Virus record (IMG/VR): IMGVR_UViG_2684623011_000001 | Span: 1-53,090 of that record | Origin: a virus | Lineage: Duplodnaviria; Heunggongvirae; Uroviricota; Caudoviricetes | Length of the DNA: 53,090 nt | Reading direction: 5' to 3' (one strand) | Part shown: positions 8,162 to 17,889 of the stretch, piece by piece | Layout: each line of letters opens with the position of its first letter | Numbering within the stretch: position 1 is the stretch's first letter | Position numbers and translations under genes: made by a program | The notes under the pieces: generated by a model | The model's database searches: none | Seen by the model: the letters and a program-made list of their open reading frames with translations, nothing else | What the model was told of the DNA's origin: nothing

Positions 8162-8887
8162 TTGAATAAAACGATTCTAAAAAACAAATACAAGAAATAC
8201 AAAACGCCTAAGAATATGTTATTTGCTATTATTGATACCACCATCCTATCAAAAGACCTTAGCAATACTGAATTAGGCTTCTATATTCTTTTAAAAGCTA
8301 AGGCTGGTCGTAGAGTTATCGATGGGAATCAATTAAGACTTAGTACTACTGTTGGTAAGTTAACCACACAGATTAATTGGCGACTAGGTACGCAACCAAT
8401 AACAAAAATGATCAAAAAATTACAACAACTTAAATTGATTGAAATTGAAAGAGTTCACGGGAAAACGATGGATATTGTATTCTTGGATGATGAACAGTCA
8501 TTATTAAAAAATGGTTATTTTAAGGTGTATGGTCACTCTATCAAAGCCATTATGGATTCTAGTAACGGTAAACAAACATTAAACTATCTTGGGTTTTATG
8601 CATATTTTCGTAGTACTATTTTCGAACAGACTAAAACATCTAGCGTATATGATAAGCCATTGGCATATCTTGTTAATACCTGTAAAACCCCGGAATCCAC
8701 AGTACGCCTCTATCTCCAGTGGTTTAGAGAGAATGAAATACTAGCTAATTTCTTCGTAAGGGTAATGAGAACTGAAACTAATTGTTATAACAAATACATC
8801 TATGCGGATATGCATGATTGCCAAAAGCTTGTTAAGTACATAGATGATGGACGATACGGATCAGTTATTACAGAAGTTTTAGAATAA
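8162..8887 (+). CDS. Tandem winged-helix DNA-binding protein
   Basis: TTG start with RBS GAGG. Two wHTH-like repeats (LGFYILLK...IKKLQQLKLIE; LGFYAYFR...STVRLYLQWFRENEIL). Confidence 0.6.
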   Translation: MNKTILKNKYKKYKTPKNMLFAIIDTTILSKDLSNTELGFYILLKAKAGRRVIDGNQLRLSTTVGKLTTQINWRLGTQPITKMIKKLQQLKLIEIERVHGKTMDIVFLDDEQSLLKNGYFKVYGHSIKAIMDSSNGKQTLNYLGFYAYFRSTIFEQTKTSSVYDKPLAYLVNTCKTPESTVRLYLQWFRENEILANFFVRVMRTETNCYNKYIYADMHDCQKLVKYIDDGRYGSVITEVLE

Positions 8888-8972
8888 AGTGATGTCTTTT
8901 TAGCGAAATCATACATTCTGTTTATGTTCATGGTATACTTACACAGTCAGCTGATATGACACAAGAGACAGT

Positions 8973-9635
8973 ATGAGAAAAATATTTGATACATCGCTTA
9001 AAACAAAAAGTGACCGGGATAAACATTTAAGAGAATTACTTGATACCAATCAGCTGCAACGACATATAAGAAGTGAGGTTAATCATCATCAGCTGGCGAC
9101 CCATTCTTTTTCTGGATGGTTTACTGATCGGCTCAGTAATTACTTATTTGATAGCAGTAATTCAGGTTCATACCGTAAAGGCGCTTATTCTTTTTATGCT
9201 AATGAAACTCATTATTGGCATAAAAAAACTCCGAGTAGCATATTACTTGTCGATGACATCGAAGAGGAAATTAATAATAACAATTTTCTAAGAGAGCAAA
9301 GGTCAGACAAAAATGCGTATCTAAGTAAGTTATTCGACCCCAAAAATATGGCTGAAGATGATTATAAGAGTTTTATTAAAGCTGGTTATTGTAATGTCGA
9401 TATTAATTTCTTAGACATTGAAAATGAAATGATTATTGACGGTATGAAACGAATGCAAGAAATAATCAAAAGTTCATGTAAAAAAGATGATTTACATTTT
9501 CTGAAAAAATTTAATGGGAAAAATAATCTTAACGATATAGCCTTAATTACAGGGGTTACACACCAATCGGTATCAAAAAAATTACAAAAAATTTGCAAAA
9601 AATCACGAAAAAATGGTTGCCAAATTGAATTTTAG
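8973..9635 (+). CDS. Sigma-70 region-4-like HTH protein, candidate late transcription factor
   Basis: C-terminal LNDIALITGVTHQSVSKKLQKI. It sits just before the structural operon. Confidence 0.6.
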   Translation: MRKIFDTSLKTKSDRDKHLRELLDTNQLQRHIRSEVNHHQLATHSFSGWFTDRLSNYLFDSSNSGSYRKGAYSFYANETHYWHKKTPSSILLVDDIEEEINNNNFLREQRSDKNAYLSKLFDPKNMAEDDYKSFIKAGYCNVDINFLDIENEMIIDGMKRMQEIIKSSCKKDDLHFLKKFNGKNNLNDIALITGVTHQSVSKKLQKICKKSRKNGCQIEF

Positions 9636-9740
9636 AAACATCATAGAGTAGAGGGGTAATTAGACCCGTTTTATTTTTTGATATTTCAAAGTAAAATAAT
9701 AGACTTTTTATAAATTAAATGAGAGCGAGAGAGAAGAAAT

Positions 9741-10007
9741 ATGTTAAACAAGAAAGATTTAATTAATATTATTGCAGATCAACAAGGTGTAACTAAGAAG
9801 GAAGCTGGACACATTATCGACGCTTTTACTTCTGGTGTTAAGAAGGTTATGAAAGATAACCAATCAGTAAACCTTGTTGGATTTGGTAAGTTCGAATCCG
9901 TGTACAAGGAAGAACGAACACAAGTATTGGGCTTTAGCGGTGAAACAGTTACCGTTCCAGCGCACTACGCACATAAAGCTAAGTTATCAACAAATATCGC
10001 TAAGTAA
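9741..10007 (+). CDS. hup: HU family DNA-binding protein
   Basis: MLNKKDLI..IA...GVTKKEA and VNLVGFGKFE signature. Confidence 0.9.
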   Translation: MLNKKDLINIIADQQGVTKKEAGHIIDAFTSGVKKVMKDNQSVNLVGFGKFESVYKEERTQVLGFSGETVTVPAHYAHKAKLSTNIAK

Positions 10008-10223
10008 GCGACTTATAGAATCAGCCATAGCTTAAGTAGAGCTAAAAAACCTACGACGAAGCTGACAGGTCGGTTACGTCGCTTCACAAAAATACGTCAT
10101 ACGAGCGCTCGTGTGACTCTTAGAGCAGGTAATACGCAGAGTGAAACCTCCTTATAAAACTAAAAACAAATCTGACGATTATTACCTGTTGTAAAAGTAC
10201 ACACGAACGTAGCAAAAGGCGTA
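10006..10223 (+). ncRNA. Candidate structured RNA with an exposed anti-Shine-Dalgarno loop
   Basis: Domain 1: AAGCGAC/GTCGCTT enclosing two stems. Domain 2: a long hairpin 10093-10223 with ACCTCCTTA in the apical loop. Confidence 0.55.
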
Positions 10224-10240
10224 AAAGAGGGATAAATAAT

Positions 10241-10420
10241 ATGGATAAAGAATTAATCAATATCCGAATTGCCCTCATCAAGCAAATTTCTTTCGTTCAA
10301 GAACGAATGAGAGAAATTGAAACACAATCCAATTTAACAATACATCAAATGGCGGATTTAGAACGCTATGCCCGAACACTCAAATTTTTATCAGATACGT
10401 ATAGAAATTTGAGTGTATAG
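10241..10420 (+). CDS. Hypothetical 59-aa helical protein (not in the ORF track)
   Basis: ATG with RBS AGAGGGA. Translation MDKELINIRIALIKQ...YRNLSV* fills the gap before 10441. Confidence 0.65.
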   Translation: MDKELINIRIALIKQISFVQERMREIETQSNLTIHQMADLERYARTLKFLSDTYRNLSV

Positions 10421-10440
10421 CATTTTGTAAAGATATTGTT

Positions 10441-11238
10441 ATGAAACAAGTATGTATTGTATGTGGGGAAGAAAAACGCCCCAATCAATTACTAAAGCAT
10501 AAGAATGCGTTCTTAAAAGATGGTTACTCAATTTGCAAAGACTGTGCGAACAATTTGGCAGATTTCAAAGATAAGGAATCAGTAATACAAGTGTGTCAGT
10601 TGACAAATCTACCATATATTGAACGATTAGTCGTTGATTTAGTTAAGAGTAACGATAGCGTGTCATTTGGATTGTATATGAAACGTTTAGCTCCTTTTAA
10701 GCGCTTTGAAACGTTTAGAGACTCTGAATTTTCTGAAGACGGATTAAATGAAAGTATGTCAAAGGAATTTAAAGTTACGAATACCATTATTCAGCGTTGG
10801 GGAGATGGATATAGCCAGGAAGAATACGCCTATTTTGAAGCTGCCCTTAAGGGTCTTATGGCGATCAAAGCTGCTACCACCTCTTTGGAATTGGAGCGAT
10901 ACATTCAAAACGTTAAATTGAAAGATGTGTTAAATAAAGCCTTGCATGATGGTGATTTTAAGGCTATCACGCAATTGCGAAAATCATACAATGATGATCT
11001 CAAAGAATTAGGATTCGATTCAGTACTTAATGCAAAAGATGACTCTGGAGAAAGCTTAGGTCAAAGAATTCAGAAATGGGAAACAACAAAACCTGTTCCA
11101 GACCGTGAAGAATTTGAAGATGCATCAAGCATCATGAAATATATTCTTAAATGGTTCATTATCCCAATGAGAAGAAATCTAGGCATGGCAGACGAGAAAG
11201 AAGTCGAGAGTCTATATGATAACACAGACGACAAGTAA
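10441..11238 (+). CDS. Zn-finger protein, probable terminase small subunit
   Basis: CxxC...CxxC N-terminus. It overlaps the terL start, as in SPbeta-like phages. Confidence 0.6.
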   Translation: MKQVCIVCGEEKRPNQLLKHKNAFLKDGYSICKDCANNLADFKDKESVIQVCQLTNLPYIERLVVDLVKSNDSVSFGLYMKRLAPFKRFETFRDSEFSEDGLNESMSKEFKVTNTIIQRWGDGYSQEEYAYFEAALKGLMAIKAATTSLELERYIQNVKLKDVLNKALHDGDFKAITQLRKSYNDDLKELGFDSVLNAKDDSGESLGQRIQKWETTKPVPDREEFEDASSIMKYILKWFIIPMRRNLGMADEKEVESLYDNTDDK

Positions 11239-12982
11239 TAGAAGTCGTGAAGAACGTCTAAATTACTTCCAGAAGAGGGAAGAGAATTTAATGGAATGGG
11301 TAGGATTTTGGAGAAAGAATCCTCAGACGTTCGTAAAACAGTATTTAGGAATCCATTTGTTTTTATACCAGAAGATATTGATGTACATGATGGGAAAATC
11401 AAATTTCTTTATGTACATAGCAGCCCGGGGGCAAGGGAAGTCATTCCTTATAGCTATCTTCTGTATTGTGAGATGTATTTTGTACCCTGGAAGCAATATC
11501 ATATTAGCTTCTGGTACCCGAGGACAGGCCGGAAAGATAATTACAGAAAAGATAGTTCAACTATATAACAATTATCCTGCTGTAAGGTACGAAATTGGAA
11601 ATATTAAAAATATTAGAAATTCATTGAATGATACATCGGTGACGTTTCCAAATGGATCAAAGATTCAAGCAGTTACGTCAAATGATAATTCACGTGGATT
11701 GCGTGGCAATATTTTGGTTTGTGATGAATTTAGAATGATTGACAAAGACGTTGTTGAAAAGGTTCTACAACCCATGCTTAACGTTGCACGTCAACCAGGT
11801 TATTTAAGAAAACCAGAATATAAGGATTATAAAACAGAAGAAAACAAAGAAATTTATATTTCGTCTGCATGGTTTAAGTCGCATTGGATATGGACATCTT
11901 TCATAAAATACTTGAAAGAAATGTGTAAAGGCAACCCGGAATATTTTGTTGCCTTATTGCCATATCAATTATCAATGCACCACAAACTTTTACAAAGAAG
12001 TCGTATTGACAACTTACGCAAGGCAGATGATTTTAATCAAACAGGATTTGATATGGAATATGAAGCCTTATTCATTGGGGAGAAAGAAAAAGCTTACTTC
12101 AAGCTTGATCCTTTGAACAAGGTACGAACGCTTAATAAGACGTTTATACCGCCCACAAACGAGGAATATGTTGAAAATAAAGCGAAATCAAATCCTAAAA
12201 ATTTATCTAATTTCAAGCGAATAGATAAGGTTAACGAAATTCGAATAGTTGCACTTGATATTGCCTTGATGGGTGGTAACAAACAAGTTAAAAACGATAC
12301 TTCAGCATTTACGTTAATGAGATTACTGCGTGATGGTGAAGAGTATAAGAGGCAAGTTGTTTATTTAGAAAGTATTCAAGACTCAATTTCCTCTGAAGAT
12401 TTGGCTATTCGATTAAAACAGTTGTACTACGATTTTGAAGCGGATTATGTTGTTATGGATGCTAATGGTAACGGTCTAGGGGTATTTGATGCCTGTACAA
12501 CAATTCTTACAGACAAAAAGAGAGACGTTGAATATCCTGCATGGGCATGCATTAATGACGATGAAACGAATGACCGAACTAAGACTAGAGGAATTAAATG
12601 TGTATATACAGTTAAAGCAAATGCAGCATTTAATCATGAGATTGCGGTCGGCTTAAAGAGTGTTATTGAGAATGGAAAGCTAAGACTTCCAATGAATGAT
12701 ATTCAAAAGCGAGAAGAGCTCCAAGCTTCTAAGTCATTCCGTAAATTGTCAACAGAAGACCAAATAAGAACGTTATATCCATATGTCCAGGCAACTGCAT
12801 TAGTTAATGAATTAGTAAATCTTGAATATCTGGTTCGGGCTGGAATGATTAAGATTTATGAAGTTGGTACAACGACCAAAGATAGATATAGTTCATTGGC
12901 ATACTGCAATTACTATGCAAATGAACTTGAAAAAGACTTAAAAGAAAATAACAGCAATTTTATTGAGTACTTTATGATTTAG
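11216..12982 (+). CDS. terL: Terminase large subunit
   Basis: Walker A AARGQGKS, Walker B LVCDE, coupling motif ISSA, and nuclease acidic motifs ALDIA, MDANG and KDRYSS. Confidence 0.93.
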   Translation: MITQTTSNRSREERLNYFQKREENLMEWVGFWRKNPQTFVKQYLGIHLFLYQKILMYMMGKSNFFMYIAARGQGKSFLIAIFCIVRCILYPGSNIILASGTRGQAGKIITEKIVQLYNNYPAVRYEIGNIKNIRNSLNDTSVTFPNGSKIQAVTSNDNSRGLRGNILVCDEFRMIDKDVVEKVLQPMLNVARQPGYLRKPEYKDYKTEENKEIYISSAWFKSHWIWTSFIKYLKEMCKGNPEYFVALLPYQLSMHHKLLQRSRIDNLRKADDFNQTGFDMEYEALFIGEKEKAYFKLDPLNKVRTLNKTFIPPTNEEYVENKAKSNPKNLSNFKRIDKVNEIRIVALDIALMGGNKQVKNDTSAFTLMRLLRDGEEYKRQVVYLESIQDSISSEDLAIRLKQLYYDFEADYVVMDANGNGLGVFDACTTILTDKKRDVEYPAWACINDDETNDRTKTRGIKCVYTVKANAAFNHEIAVGLKSVIENGKLRLPMNDIQKREELQASKSFRKLSTEDQIRTLYPYVQATALVNELVNLEYLVRAGMIKIYEVGTTTKDRYSSLAYCNYYANELEKDLKENNSNFIEYFMI

Positions 12983-12993
12983 GTGGTGAAAAA

Positions 12994-14559
12994 TTGGCGC
13001 AAAGACGGCGTACTTTACAACAACGTAGACAAGCACGTAATAGAAGCATAGCTGCTATTCGTAAACGGAATGAATCTTATGCAGCTGCTCTCGCAGATCC
13101 TAAAAGTCGTTTTAAATCAACGACAACTGCAACAACAGATAAGTCGAGCATTAAAGGGTACTTGCAAAGACCGTCAGATAACTTCGCAAACATAGCCGCG
13201 ACGCTAAGACAAGCCTATATCAGTAACGGTGTAATCGGTAGAGTAATTGATTATTACCAAGCGCATCCAACATACAATTATTCTATTTATCCAGTTTTAG
13301 GGAATAAGCAGTATAAGTTGGACAAAAATAATATGCATGATGATTTTATTGATATTGCATATGGAATTAATCAATTAAATATTCCATTCTACGCACCATA
13401 TTTCTTTCGAGAAACGTTAATTCAAGGTGTGTCATTCTTTTACAAGATTCAAGACACTGCTGGAGTTGGGTACATGCAATTTCCTGTTGAATGGTGTCGA
13501 ATCACGAACATGGAGAATGGGGTATATAGGTACCGACTAGACATTTCAAAGTTAAAAGCGGAAGTTAGGGACTCTTTACCAAAAGAATTACAACAAGCAT
13601 ATGACACATATCATAACGGAAGTACAGATGATGAAACAAAATGGTATGACCGTAAATGGTACTACGTATCAGATGATGGTATGGCTTTTACTTTTGATCA
13701 AGGTTCGTTAATCAATGGTGGAACTGCTATTTCTCCATTTGCGGGAGCTTTAGCAGATGCTTTGTCTCTAGCACAAGCAAAAGAAAATATCGATATCAAA
13801 GACAAGCTCGATACAGTACGGATTATTCACTCAAAAATACCTACTGATGCAAATGGTGAGCCAACTATTTCGTTGAAGGTTGCCAAGATTATGGACGAAC
13901 AGATGAGGAATAGAATGCCTGAAGGTGTTGTTCCAGTAACATCTGCCTCCACGATTACTAATGTTCCATTAAAGGGATCGGGTAATGAAGGGGTTTACGA
14001 GTCTGTAAAAAGTGGTCTAGGTCAATTGTTCTATGACTTAGGTGCTAGTGCTCCCTTATTTGGTAGCGATACAACAAGTTCAAATATTGTTAAGTTATCG
14101 ATAAAAAAAGATGCTAACTGGGTATATACGAATTTATTCCCAATGTTAGAGAACTATTACGATTATGAATTAACTCAAATTAAGACTAAAAGTAAGATCA
14201 CTTGGAACATTAAGTTCATTCGTGAATCTAACTTCACATTAAAAGACGACATCGCGAATTATAAAGATCAATTATCTTACGGTGGTTCAAGAATGGATTA
14301 TTTAGCAGCGTGTGGATTTAGTCCAATTCAAGTTGTTTCACAGTTGGCATTTGAGCAACAAGTGCTTGATATTGATTCGCTTATGGTAGTGAAGCCAACA
14401 TCAAATACTCTTTCTAGTAAGGATGCCTCTTCACAGAACAATAAGCCTAATGTAGTAAAGGCACCAACTGTCTCGAATGACCCTAATAAAGGCAAAGTAG
14501 GGCGCCCGGAGACAGATAATCCGACAGATGACACTGATCGTTTAGATGATGCTCAATAA
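12994..14559 (+). CDS. Portal protein
   Basis: Position after terL, 521 aa, and a C-terminal GRP motif. Confidence 0.8.
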   Translation: MAQRRRTLQQRRQARNRSIAAIRKRNESYAAALADPKSRFKSTTTATTDKSSIKGYLQRPSDNFANIAATLRQAYISNGVIGRVIDYYQAHPTYNYSIYPVLGNKQYKLDKNNMHDDFIDIAYGINQLNIPFYAPYFFRETLIQGVSFFYKIQDTAGVGYMQFPVEWCRITNMENGVYRYRLDISKLKAEVRDSLPKELQQAYDTYHNGSTDDETKWYDRKWYYVSDDGMAFTFDQGSLINGGTAISPFAGALADALSLAQAKENIDIKDKLDTVRIIHSKIPTDANGEPTISLKVAKIMDEQMRNRMPEGVVPVTSASTITNVPLKGSGNEGVYESVKSGLGQLFYDLGASAPLFGSDTTSSNIVKLSIKKDANWVYTNLFPMLENYYDYELTQIKTKSKITWNIKFIRESNFTLKDDIANYKDQLSYGGSRMDYLAACGFSPIQVVSQLAFEQQVLDIDSLMVVKPTSNTLSSKDASSQNNKPNVVKAPTVSNDPNKGKVGRPETDNPTDDTDRLDDAQ

Positions 14560-14579
14560 AAATGTGAGGTATAGCAATA

Positions 14580-16331
14580 ATGATTAATGTAACAACGGTA
14601 AAATTACCGACTCATTTTGAGAAAACAGAAGGGTTAGATAATGACTCCCGTTTTCAGAAAGTGAAAATCTATATTGCTCATACGGGTGAGAACCTTAATA
14701 ACTCTGTATTCTCTTACGATGTACTAGAAAATATGATCCCATCCTTAGCAAACATTCCAATTCTAGGTTATGTGGGAGTTAACGAAGATAACGAAGAAGA
14801 TTTCAGAGGACACGAGAAACGATTAACTCTTAAAGATGACAAGTTCAAATTATCGTTTGCTACTCATGCGTATGGGTTTGTTCCAGGAGATAATAATGCT
14901 CATTTCGAAGTTACTGGTGGTAAAGAATGGCTAGTGACCGATGGCTATCTCTGGACAAGATTCATTGACGCTATAGAACTATTTAACGATGCGAATGGTT
15001 CTAAGGGACAGTCAATGGAAGTTGGAGATGCCGAAGGATACACAGATGACAGAGGGCGTATGGTATTTACCAATGCACGATTTACTGGATTATGTATTCT
15101 TGGCGATGATGTTCCACCAGCAATGGCAGGTTCAACAATCTCAACTGTATTTAGCAAAGAGGACTTTAAGTCCACATTTGAAGAAATGTTGGCCGAGTTT
15201 TCGGCTGAGAAAGGAGAATACGCTTTGGCAACTAAGAAAAAGCAAAAAGAAGAAGCAGCCATTGTAAAGGAAGAAGACAAAAAGCCTGCTTCAAGTTCCA
15301 CGGCTAGTGAGCCAGGGAAGGCTACTTCATCAGCTACCAGCAGTGCTTCTAAGCCAGCCGAAAAACAAACTTCTGATGATAAGAAGGAATCTGCAAAGCC
15401 AGCGGCTAAACTAGCACCATCAGCAATGCCATCTGTGACACCTACTGATTCAAGTGCTACGCCGTCTGGTTCAAGCGCCGCAACTACTGAAGATAAGGCG
15501 GCCGCTGCGCCTGGCGAGCATGATGAAACGCAAGCTGTTTCTGATGAACATGAAGACGAAGCTACTATGTCTGTTGAAAAGGACAACGACAAGGGTATTT
15601 CTTTACCTAAAAATGAAAGCGCTTTCATAAAAGATGAAGACGATAAAGACAATGATGATTCTGAGGATGACTCTGCTGAAGATGACGATTCTAAGGACAA
15701 AAAGAAATTCGCCTGTGGTGATGGCAAAAAGAAGCACAAAGTTGAATTTGAGCTATCACTAAGTGCTCGGGAATTAGCTTTTATTGATGCGGTTCGGTCT
15801 AAGTATGGCCAACAGTTCCACTGGATTTTTCTTGAATCTACTTATGAGGATTACGGAATTGTTCAGGCAGAAAAGGAAGAATTCGGCAATACTCAATACT
15901 TCCGTATTGAATATTCAGTAAATGCTGATGACTCAATCAAGTTAGGTGATAAAACAGAGGTTTTCCCAACCTACTTAACAGAATCTGAGAAGACAGAAGT
16001 TGAGAATAACCGTGCAAAAGTTAAGAACCTACAAGCACAACTTGCAGAACTGAAGGCATTTAAGTCTGGGATTGAAATGCAAGCAAAAGAAGAGTCCTTA
16101 AAGAATGCTGAAGATGATTTAACAGCAGATCAAATCAAGGAGATCAAAGCTCAATTTGAAGCTAAGACTCCTGAAGAAATTGAAAAAGAGATCGCCTTTG
16201 CACTGTATACGACTCACAAGAAGGAAATGACAACAACTCCAACTTTAAGTCGTGGTGGAGTAAAGGCAGTCAATCTTAATTCGAAACAAGATTATGGATA
16301 TGGGTCGGCCAACGCACTCTTCCATAAGTAA
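14580..16331 (+). CDS. Prohead protease / scaffold fusion
   Basis: HTGENLNNS, GQSMEV and FTGLCILG..PAM protease-type motifs, then a low-complexity linker and a coiled coil. Confidence 0.8.
   Translation: MINVTTVKLPTHFEKTEGLDNDSRFQKVKIYIAHTGENLNNSVFSYDVLENMIPSLANIPILGYVGVNEDNEEDFRGHEKRLTLKDDKFKLSFATHAYGFVPGDNNAHFEVTGGKEWLVTDGYLWTRFIDAIELFNDANGSKGQSMEVGDAEGYTDDRGRMVFTNARFTGLCILGDDVPPAMAGSTISTVFSKEDFKSTFEEMLAEFSAEKGEYALATKKKQKEEAAIVKEEDKKPASSSTASEPGKATSSATSSASKPAEKQTSDDKKESAKPAAKLAPSAMPSVTPTDSSATPSGSSAATTEDKAAAAPGEHDETQAVSDEHEDEATMSVEKDNDKGISLPKNESAFIKDEDDKDNDDSEDDSAEDDDSKDKKKFACGDGKKKHKVEFELSLSARELAFIDAVRSKYGQQFHWIFLESTYEDYGIVQAEKEEFGNTQYFRIEYSVNADDSIKLGDKTEVFPTYLTESEKTEVENNRAKVKNLQAQLAELKAFKSGIEMQAKEESLKNAEDDLTADQIKEIKAQFEAKTPEEIEKEIAFALYTTHKKEMTTTPTLSRGGVKAVNLNSKQDYGYGSANALFHK
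15225..16331 (+). CDS. Putative nested scaffold protein (internal in-frame start)
   Basis: AAGGAG at 15211-15216, 8 nt before an in-frame TTG at the end of the protease domain. Confidence 0.5.
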   Translation: MATKKKQKEEAAIVKEEDKKPASSSTASEPGKATSSATSSASKPAEKQTSDDKKESAKPAAKLAPSAMPSVTPTDSSATPSGSSAATTEDKAAAAPGEHDETQAVSDEHEDEATMSVEKDNDKGISLPKNESAFIKDEDDKDNDDSEDDSAEDDDSKDKKKFACGDGKKKHKVEFELSLSARELAFIDAVRSKYGQQFHWIFLESTYEDYGIVQAEKEEFGNTQYFRIEYSVNADDSIKLGDKTEVFPTYLTESEKTEVENNRAKVKNLQAQLAELKAFKSGIEMQAKEESLKNAEDDLTADQIKEIKAQFEAKTPEEIEKEIAFALYTTHKKEMTTTPTLSRGGVKAVNLNSKQDYGYGSANALFHK

Positions 16332-16364
16332 TTAATTTAACAAGAAAGTAGGTTAATTAGATTT

Positions 16365-16811
16365 ATGGCTAAAGTATTTTTAGACAAGATTAAGGCTACG
16401 GCTCATATCGAATCAGTTGTAGCTACAGAAAATTTACCTCAAGGTCAATTTGTAACCTTGGGTGTCCTTGGTGACGATGGCGAAAGTCGTTTGGTTACTA
16501 AGGCGACAGACGAAGCATCTGCCGATGTATTCGTTGCAGAAGCACCAATTTCATATGGAGATCCACACTTTGATTTAGGTAAGTACGAAGCAAAGGCTGG
16601 AAGTACAGCGCGTGCTTATCACTTAGAAAAGGGTGACGTTCTCTCTGTAACAACTGACCTCGTTTCAGGCGCTAAAGTTGGCGATGCATTAACTGTTGGT
16701 GACAACGGTTTAGGCTTCAAGAAGGCTGCGAGCGGTAAAGGAATCGCTATGCTAATCGGCCAAGAAGCACACGGCTTTGACGGTGACGTTTATGTCATTG
16801 CAATTCGATAA
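16365..16811 (+). CDS. Head decoration / cement protein
   Basis: 148-aa beta-rich ORF between scaffold and capsid genes. Confidence 0.6.
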   Translation: MAKVFLDKIKATAHIESVVATENLPQGQFVTLGVLGDDGESRLVTKATDEASADVFVAEAPISYGDPHFDLGKYEAKAGSTARAYHLEKGDVLSVTTDLVSGAKVGDALTVGDNGLGFKKAASGKGIAMLIGQEAHGFDGDVYVIAIR

Positions 16812-16832
16812 ATAAGAAACGAGGGATATATT

Positions 16833-17819
16833 TTGGTTGAAAAGAAAGACTTACAAAAATTAGCTCGTGACCTTTACTTTAACCGCAACCTTGAATTTGA
16901 TGAAGTTTCAGGTCAAGACGCTCTACGTAATGCAATTAAAGACGCTTTGGGTGGTAAATATGATGTTTACTCATGGCAAAAGCACAAGTACGACGTATTT
17001 GAAATTATCTCAACTGCTATCGATGCAGTTATGCCAACTCTATTAACTACCCAATTCGATGGTATTGCTGATATTCGTACTGTTGCACTTGGTGACAAGC
17101 CATTATTTGAAGTTCAAGATCCACGTGCGATCCGTGTTGGTCGTGTAGCTGCTGGTGCTAATGATATGCGTCGGCAAACTATTACTAACAAGTCATTCAC
17201 TATTGAAACCGAATGGTTCGGTGCAGCTGTATACGCTGAATTTGATCAATTCATGGCTGGCGACATTGACTGGAACGCACTTGTTGATCGTGTAGCCGAT
17301 GCTTTTGTGCAACACATCCAAGCAACTATTGGTGATGCTTTAACTAAGTCATATACAATGCTTGATGCTAAGGACAAGGTTGAAGGTTCAGCAAACTTAG
17401 ACAAGTTAATTGAATTAGCACAACGTATTAAAACTAAATCAAACCACGAAGTTGCTTTGTACGGTACTAAGGCAGCATTGAGTAAGATTGCTGATATGGC
17501 AAATGTACAACTTTACTCAGGTTCAATGAAGGACGAACTTAATACTAATGGCTTCCTCGGAGTTGTTCGTGGTTTGAAGCTTATTGAAATTCCACAAGCA
17601 TTTAAGGTAAATTCAGACGAATTTGCCTTGGATGACACTAAGGTATTGGTATTACCTGAAGGTGAAAAGATTATCGGTGTTGTTATGGAAGGTGATTCTC
17701 GGACTATTGAACCAGAAAACACAAGCCGTAACGACTTACAAATGGGCTTTGAAACTCAAGAAAAACTTGGTGTTTCAGTTCTCCAATTAAAGGTATATGG
17801 AATGGCTAGTTTAGCTTAA
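16833..17819 (+). CDS. Major capsid protein
   Basis: Position, size (328 aa) and highly biased codon usage. Confidence 0.82.
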   Translation: MVEKKDLQKLARDLYFNRNLEFDEVSGQDALRNAIKDALGGKYDVYSWQKHKYDVFEIISTAIDAVMPTLLTTQFDGIADIRTVALGDKPLFEVQDPRAIRVGRVAAGANDMRRQTITNKSFTIETEWFGAAVYAEFDQFMAGDIDWNALVDRVADAFVQHIQATIGDALTKSYTMLDAKDKVEGSANLDKLIELAQRIKTKSNHEVALYGTKAALSKIADMANVQLYSGSMKDELNTNGFLGVVRGLKLIEIPQAFKVNSDEFALDDTKVLVLPEGEKIIGVVMEGDSRTIEPENTSRNDLQMGFETQEKLGVSVLQLKVYGMASLA

Positions 17820-17825
17820 TTCCTT

Positions 17826-17856
17826 AGATTGGGTGGGTTCGACTCCCACTTAATCT
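17826..17856 (+). other. tRNA T-arm-like hairpin after the capsid gene
   Basis: 12-bp stem with loop TTCGACT (GGGTTCGACTCCC). Confidence 0.7.
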
Positions 17857-17889
17857 TTAGTGACTCTGAGGCGAGAGAGGGTGTAATTA

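Noticed and set aside
14945..15739. 264-aa minus-strand ORF, and the many other antisense or overlapping ORFs in the track
   Set aside because: They are shadows of the real + strand genes (low-complexity antisense frames) with no RBS or recognisable motifs.
17826..17856. tRNA gene suggested by GGTTCGACTCC (also at 22485)
   Set aside because: No D-arm or anticodon arm, and the upstream sequence is coding. Kept only as T-arm-like hairpins.
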